In this document: positions 56,266 to 64,000 of the stretch, one piece after another | Layout of the letters: each line of letters starts with the position of its first letter | How positions within the stretch are numbered: position 1 is the first letter of the stretch | DNA from: Takakia lepidozioides | Taxonomy: Eukaryota > Plantae > Bryophyta | DNA: 64,000 bases | Assembly: GCA_030704615.1 (NCBI GenBank) | Contig: CM060732.1 | Coordinates: forward strand, 43,648,001-43,712,000 | Reading direction: 5' to 3' | Translations under genes and position numbers: made by a program | The notes under the pieces: model-generated | The model's database searches: none | Told to the model about the DNA's origin: nothing | The model's input: the letters and a program-made list of their open reading frames with translations, nothing else

Positions 56266-59200
56266 CATACTAGGCAGATAAGGGGTTTCAATCCCCCTCA
56301 CCTCTTGCAATTTTATGTAGAGATCAGGATGAAGGCATACACAGCCGCGGGGAATGTAGTATGGGGGAAGTCACTCCCTATATAGTTTAGGGAATCATGT
56401 GCGATAAAGAGGTATTTTCTATAGGGGTATTACTTTTTTTTCCCTTTTTATATCCACCCTATAATTATTTCATTTTATAATATGCACAATTATCTGGTAG
56501 GCTATTTTTTTTTATTTGACTGTAATCATAAATATTTGACACCCTATAATAACATAAAGATAAAACAAAATTTTCTTAGAGTGCAAAATATTTTATTGCT
56601 CAATGCTCTAATGCATCTATTAGGCATCTATCAAACGTATATTTTGAGTGTAATGAAAAAACATTCCTCAAGTGAGAGAGCAAGGTACCTTATAGCAAGT
56701 GAATAAACTGGAGCTTCCAGCAACACAATGATGTCAGTAACTAGCATAGCAGAACTTTTGCGTCGGAGAAGAAAACAAAGTGAGAAGAAAATAAAGCAAC
56801 CCTAAACCAAAATGTATCCTCCCTAAAGCAAGTCCTCTCATCCAAGCCGAGTCCAAGTTCCGTCATCCAAGTCCAACCAGTCATTTATGAAGTCTCAAGA
56901 GAGAGAGAGAGAGGACTCCGGCCAAAGCCGGCGTAACTAAGAGCCACTTTGCCTTGTTACTACAGCTCCTTTGGGGGGTGGGTACTATGGAGTCTCAATA
57001 CAAATATACCATAGAATGAACGACACATCGCCATTGTGACACCCCTATATTAGTTCTAAAATATATATAATTAGAGCATATATTCATAACCCTATTTTTA
57101 TTTAAATACGGTATCCATAAATAGGGAGACCTAATTTTATTTCTAAAAATATTGTAAACTCTATCTTCAAAGAATATATGTTACCCTTATTTTTTTGCAC
57201 GTCGTTTGGAAAAAAATGGAAATGACTTCCCCGGGAAGGTAGTTGGGCTTTGGCAGTTGATGTCTACAAAATGGCGGGTGGGAGGCAAGAGACTCATCCG
57301 AGTGCTTTGTCACGGGGTTTTGGATTTCACGAGAGCCCTTGAAGTTTGACGGTTCTGAGTGACATGGCCTTGCAAAATTTGGGCGGAAAATGTGCTGGGG
57401 TTGGCAACAATTCGCCTGAGTTGGCAAGGGATATCTTTTATCCTAGCACGATTTGCGTTGAGTTCCTCGCTGAATTTCAAGTGTTCATTTCGAATTAAAT
57501 CGTACTGAAAAACTATGACATAGAGTACGTACAACATCTATAAAACCTAGAAGTGTATAGCCTTTAAAAGAAATGACCCAAACAACACTGCCACCAACAC
57601 CCATTCTGTGGCATTCACCACGCACCTTGGTGAGTGAAAGCCCCATACTGCTACAAGAGTCCGACGCAGACGTGCATGGGGCTTCAAATTAGATCGTTGT
57701 CAAGGCCAGCACCGTCAATAAGTACTCTCAAGGTCTCTCTTTCTGCTTCATACCCTTTGCCAAGATTTCTTACTTATCTTTGCCCCTAATTCTTCAGTTT
57801 TGTCCACACATTTCTTAGTCTCCCTCAACTTATTTATTCACTGCGCTGAAGAACGCATCAACCAATCAATTCTGATATATTACTCAAGTTAAAAATCAGC
57901 GCTCAGTCAGGGGCGCCGAAATAGAATTCTTAAGGCTCCTTGAGCTCGAATTGGGCACCAAATGTTAGCAAGTACCTTGCTTCCATCTTGCCAACAGCTT
58001 CTTCCAGCTTCTTGATTTGAAGTGTGGATTGCAGAGAGTTCAGTCCCAAGCAGGCGCTTCTCTTCCATGGCATAGCGATCATGCAGGAGGACCACCACCT
58101 TCACCACTGTTGCTTACACCCTCCTTGCGCTGCGAGGTATGGTGTCCCTCCTCTGACCGCGAGCCCGATGTCACACACACTTCTGAGAAGCCACTACATG
58201 CACTAGCAATATACGAAGGCCCTCCACAGTCTGGATTCGCATTGACCCGGCCAGGACCGCATTCTTCCTTCTCGCCATGTTCGACGCAGCACGGGCATCC
58301 ATGTCACTTCTAGGTGGAGCCAGTACATATTTAAAATATGTATTCCCTGTCGGACTTTCATTGTTCACCTCTTTTTGTGATACACATGTGAGCAAATGTG
58401 CCCCCGAATCCCGGGTGCAATCAATGCGCAGTGGTTTATGGAGTCGCCCACTCGACTGTATACTCATTTTAATGAATAAATATTTTGATTCCATTAAATC
58501 TAATATGAATGTACTTTCTTAGTCGCATGTGAAGTAAATCGAACCATTTGTAGTTGACGCTTTTAATTTTTTCCAGTTTACGTAATTGAATTAAATATCC
58601 GCGATTATTGCAACGACTGCGGACTCATTGAGGCAACTTCTATCTCATGGAATGCCCCCGTGGGTCTTCATTGTCCGTTGCAACTCTCCAGTCGTAACGT
58701 GGACTGCGAAGTTGATCCCGAAGTGGTTTCGGACACGCAGTCGATTCGGAAAAGACACGAATGCTTGTTGTGGATGCAGAAATCACCGAAAACATGATCT
58801 CTCCCTCCCAATTTCTTAGAAAGGTTTTTGGTTTTCATTATCCAGCATGGACTGATACATGGCACAAAATGACAGTTCGAAATAGAATTTCATTTAGAAC
58901 CATGACCGACCATTATTGGCAATCTGGAGACTAAAATATAACTAATCAGGTTAGGGCATAACATCATTTTACTAATGGTTAGTGGGTTCCAAACATGTGT
59001 GTAGATGTCATAAAGATGTCTATTTTCTCATCAAAAGTAAGTGACACCATAAGTTACATATGCTTCAGGAAGAGTCTTTTTTGTAAAAGAACAATTCACT
59101 GCTTCAATGATGGACGAATAATTGTAATAGTTGTTGGAGCATGGGCCGACAAAGTCTATACTATTGCTTCATCCATCACCAATTATTGGAAATAAATGAT

Positions 59201-62200
59201 AGGGTGTTTGCAGGCTACGGTGAACCAAAACTGCGTAACTGTGCAGTTTTTGCAATGACCCCCCTTGATAGTGTTACCTATAAAAATTCGACAATTTAAA
59301 TTTTCATTGCAATTTCTATGTTGTAAGGTTATTATCCACAATGGGAAGATATACCAATTGTTAGATTTCCAAAAATAATTTGTAGTGAGGAGCTATGGAC
59401 TTTCAAAGGAGTAACTGTGGACTGTAACTGTTACAGCATACAAACTTATGGACTAAATAAACATAATGTACACTTGTGAAATGCACAATGGAAAACAGTT
59501 TAGAGGTGCACTTTTTGAATACTCCCCAAATCCACTTTCATATGGAAAAAAAACATAAAAGATAAAGAACTATGGACCAATTTATATTTAAAAAATAGCT
59601 TAATTTTCATTTGTCTATATTTTTTCAAATAAGGGGATTTTGGTATTTTTACCTTTTATAAAGACGTGTAGAATGATGTAGGGAAGGTGCGCTAGGTGTC
59701 ATATGGAAAAATCTGTTGAAATTATCCGTTGAAATTAATTTTTGATATATCAAGATTAATCAAATTAAAGACTAAAATTTATAGTAAAAATTATCTTTAA
59801 TGTTTGGGGTAAGACCCTTTACTAAAAATGTTAAATATATCATCGTCTATCATCAATTGAAATTATTTGGGAAAATATCGTCAATTTAAATTTGGAAATG
59901 GACTTCCATAGAAAACAAATCTGTCGTTTTTGGTCCACGCTACCTTGCAACTGCCCGATAAGGGCTATATATAGTCTATATTTTTTGACTGCTTCTTTTT
60001 ACCTAATAATTAGTGACTTAAGCTTCTCATTGAAAGATAATAGGCGTCTTCAATGCGCGAGTGTGACTGCGGCGGGGCCCGCATGTGACATAGGGGCGCA
60101 CCCCTACCCATCGGACTCAATCTACTGAGTGGGTCTGCCGGGCTAGCCGGTTCGCTGAGGCCCACAAAACACATAAAATATATACAAAAAAGATTAGTTA
60201 TTTCAAAGGTTTGTAGAAAGTAGCGGGTAATGTGGTGGTTAAGAACAATGCATAATAAGCCCGTCAAGTTGGCAGCTCCCGTAGCTCCTTTGCGCTCCCC
60301 CCACGTTGGAGATGACTCTGATGCTAATTGAAGCACCGTGGTTCTAAAATGTAGGGTAGATCTTGGGTGCAACTTTCATTTAGCAGCCTTGAGGTTCAGT
60401 AGTGTGGACAAGCAGTTTTGCTCTGCTCCTGTTCACTAATTAGTTTTTGTTCTTCATGCCTCCTGGGCTACCTAGTAGCTCTTCTGGCTTGTTTTTTTTT
60501 GGTGCAGCTGCGTTGCTTGGCAGCTCTTCAACTAGCTGCTAGGACCTCTTGCTCTTGTTTCATCTTTGTTCTGCTCTCTTTCCTTAGCCTCTGTTCTGGT
60601 TGCAGGAGTCTGCCTGCCTTCTGGTTTTCTAGTGGCTTGTTTTGGTTGCAACTTCGCTGCTGGCAAGGTATTCTACTTGCTGCTAGTTTCTCATATTCTG
60701 GCTCCTTAGTTTCTCATCTCCTTCTTAGTCTTTGTTCTCGAAGCAGTGTCTTCCGAGGTCGGCCATTATGATACTCATTTGAGGTTATTTTTTCCTCTTG
60801 TATCCTGGCCCAGCCGCGTTTTCTACTTAATATGAGTTCAAGGGCTTCTGTCCCCTTTCTTAAAAAATCATCTTCTCGAAAAAGATCACTGTCCAAAAAA
60901 AAGATGATTGATTCTCTTTTCCGTTTCCCTAATTACTTCTCTCCCAATGGGCGGGGCCTGACAAAGCACATGGGAGCCCATTATATATCCCGGAAATAAT
61001 ACGTGAGTCCAACGGGGGCACAAACCCGGAATTCATATGTGACTTTATGGTGTTCTACAGTAATCTAAGCCAAGACGAGGTGTGAGACAATATCCATGTG
61101 AACAAAGGATGGGGCTGAAAAAGATGGTGAGAAAGTTCCAGCGGCAATGGCGGTGTTGGAAGAACGCATGCGTTTGTTATTGCTTGCAAAGTCCAACATC
61201 GCCAAGGCAAGAAAGCTTCAAGGGCATGAAGTGTCTGATCAATTATGTAGGCAAAGATCAGGCTGAAATTTTTGTGCAAGAATATGATGTTTTGGTACTT
61301 CTGCCATTGCTGAATGCAGCGCAAGGACGCTAAACCGTGAGTAGTGAGCGGTGAGCTGGAAATCGTGAGCCCATAATGTAAATTACATATGATTATGAGC
61401 ATGGATGGGTCATCAAAACATTAAGAAATGGGACGTATTTCTGCGGAATACTGTATAGCGACCCTATATCCGAGGATAGTTCATGTTTCCATATAATCAT
61501 TCTGACTTTGATTATTAAAATCCAAATATTGCAGAATCAGACAGTGGACCAGAAAGACTAAATATTATTTTATTTAGTTTAAAAATGTCATTTTATTTCA
61601 TTTCTTAAAAAATTATCTATGATATTTAAACTGATATGAAGGTATAAATATATATAATATATATTCAGATTCAAAAATGATATCAATATGTATTATTCCA
61701 AAATAAATCCTATTTTTATTATTGTATCATTCACTCATTGTTTATGAAAAGAAATTATGAAATTTTACTATATTTACAAAATAAATTTTGGATTTTGAGA
61801 TTTGGCCCAGAATAAATTATGGAATTTTATTTTATTTTATTTTATGAAAACCGGTATCCGTCGGCGCATACGAATGGGGGCGATTGTCGCCTGTTTGAAA
61901 ATTAAATATTAAAAATATATAGAATATAAAAAAAATTAAAAAAATTGTTTTCTGGTATGCGTCGGCTCATACCAAATGTGAGGGGATATGAGATCAAGAA
62001 AAACAAATGAGGCTGGAGAGCAATCGCGGAGAGGAGCGCAACGGTCGTCTTGTCTCTCACGCAAAACTTTCAGGATTTTCATTGGCGACTTATCCCTGCC
62101 CTCGATTCCACCCCGGCTCCCGATTATGCTCGCTTCAAGCTTTCTGTTCATACTTTTTGCCTATAGTTTCAATCACTACTTCTACTTCCCCCCTTCTTTT

Positions 62201-62829
62201 TCATTCCAAGTCCTTCCCCATTCATCATCACATCCTTAACTAAAGCTCCACCTCGTACGATGAAGGTCAATGATTTCAGCCGCCAAGCAGCATTAATGGC
62301 ATACAATGAGTCACCCCTCCTTCCCTAATTTCCCCCCTTCCTCCCCCCCTATTTTCCTCTTCACTTCCTAAACCCAAGTTTCCAAGTAAGCCATCGTTGC
62401 CTTGGCTATAGAGGTTGCCATTAAAGTTTAATCAGAGTGTTTATTGTGGTTTAGTTCTCCAGGAGCTTAGTGAAGCTTAATCATGTCCCTCTAAGCGTCA
62501 TTTGTGGCTGTGGTGAGTCTGTTTGTCGTCCCCTCCCACGGTGAGCTTTCCTCCCCGATATCCTCCAGCGCTGGTCTCCTCTAGCGGGTAATCTGGAATA
62601 TTTGTGTTAGCTTAATCTCTCTGGGGTCTGAAGAAGCCTAAGTGACAGCTGCTAAGTGTCGGCAGCATTGGCGGGAACGGCTGCAGCGCAACAAGGCAAG
62701 ATTGTGGTGGTGTTTGGCTCCCATTCTCTCCGCTCTCTACAACCGTAGCTACTTTTAGCTGGATAGTGGCTTCATTGTTTCAGTCATATCCCTAGACCCC
62801 TTCTCCCAGTTTACATTGCTAAGTTCTCC

Positions 62830-64000
62830 ATGGCTCCCCCTGCAAACGCTCAGCTCAAATTGAAAGGTATTCAGGAGATGACCGAGGCCCTGAGCATCCC
62901 CCCAGCTGGGAAGACCCTAGCCTTCTTCAGGGACGGGCTTTTTTCTTGCTCACCAAGCTTAGTCCAAATTGAATGGAGGGTTAGACCATCCAAGAAGTAT
63001 TTCCCCTCCCTCCCCCCACCCCCCTCCCTTCCCTCTTCCACCCAACCTCCATCTGCCAAGGCTTGATTTTTTTCCCCCGGAAGTTCCCACCCATCCATTC
63101 AACCTGAGGAATGGTTGGACCTCTCTGAATCCTCCCAGGAAATTGTCAGCAAGGTTTACCCCACAATCAAAGTGGACCTCCAGAACACAGTCCAGGAGGT
63201 TAAATCTCTGCAGAAGCTCACCATTCTTGTACACTTTCCAGGAAGAAAAGTGGATAGGACCTTGTGAGGGACTGGGCGATCAGGAACCTCGGAGGTCCGG
63301 GTGAACTACTTCAGGAGTTCTGCCATGCAAAAGGCAAGGGATTCTACACCATAAAGTTTGAAACACCGGAAGCTGCTTCACATGCTTTATCCCTGAATCC
63401 TCACTCCAGGGGATTCAATGTTAACATCTTCTCATGGTCTTCTAAGATGGGACACAAAAATGGAAAGTTATAGGGCCCCAGAACAGTCTCGGTTCCATTT
63501 ATTCCTGATCAGTATTTGATCAATCTCCCAGACATTGTAAATCACTTTGGGCACTACCTCGGCTGCATAGATGTCTTCGATCCCCAGATGAGCATTGAAA
63601 AGCTTCGGAAGATTCCAGCTTGGAGTTTAGAGACCTTTGCTTCAAGATTCAACGACCATGGATGCGCTCGGTTTGTTCTCATCATGCCAAATGAGAAAGT
63701 TCTTCCGGACTATGTCAGACTCCCAATCGACGAGGAAGACAACTTCTTTACAGTCAGGCTCATTGAGACTCATCTTCGTCAGCCTGCTTTAGTTGCGGTA
63801 TGCTGGGACACATCAGATCTGATTGTCCAAACAACAAAAAGAAACGATCAGTCCCGAATCAACAGAGCAACAAGCACTAGCATTTACCACAAGATAGATC
63901 TCAGGTGGGGCACCTCACCACTAGTCCAAGGTACCAACTTTCGTTAGCACTCACTGTGCCTTCTCCAAGCAGCGGTAACTGTCACGGACATAGCCAGAGG
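62830..64000 (+). mobile_element. L1-clade LINE ORF1 pseudogene (DUF4283-like plus CCHC zinc knuckle), runs off the window end
   Basis: GKGFYTIKFETPEAASHAL...NIFSWS (RRM/DUF4283-like), ARFVLIM...LP, and CFSCGMLGHIRSDC (CX2CX4HX4C) at ~63785-63826; frameshifted; pyrimidine-rich leader upstream. Confidence 0.8.

Noticed and set aside
57600-61400. Possible decayed transposase (Mutator-like) and Helitron-like ends
   Set aside because: No convincing catalytic motif or paired termini could be read.

Overview
Eukaryotic, intron-rich land-plant genomic DNA. It looks bryophyte/moss-like in gene style and repeat content, but the species cannot be determined from sequence alone. Four apparently intact spliced genes are present. 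(1) A 3-exon minus-strand secreted-peptide precursor ending in the RGF/GOLVEN/CLEL motif DYRDPQTHPPKGN; the ORF track splits it up. (2) A ~30-exon CHD1-type chromatin remodeller (CHR5). (3) A nepenthesin/CDR1-type aspartic protease. (4) An RD19-type papain-like cysteine protease. Decayed or mobile sequence includes the 3' half of a Ty3/Gypsy LTR retrotransposon whose integrase ends in a PHD finger rather than a chromodomain, followed by a structured 3' LTR. Also present are L1-LINE remnants, a tRNA-derived SINE family, three TIR/MITE-like elements, a piggyBac-type transposase relic, a rearranged SMC1 pseudogene, and a scrambled organellar LSU-rRNA insert in a CHR5 intron. CHR5 carries two internal exon duplications, one dead and one still translated. 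All calls come from manual reading and motif recognition; no database searches were run.
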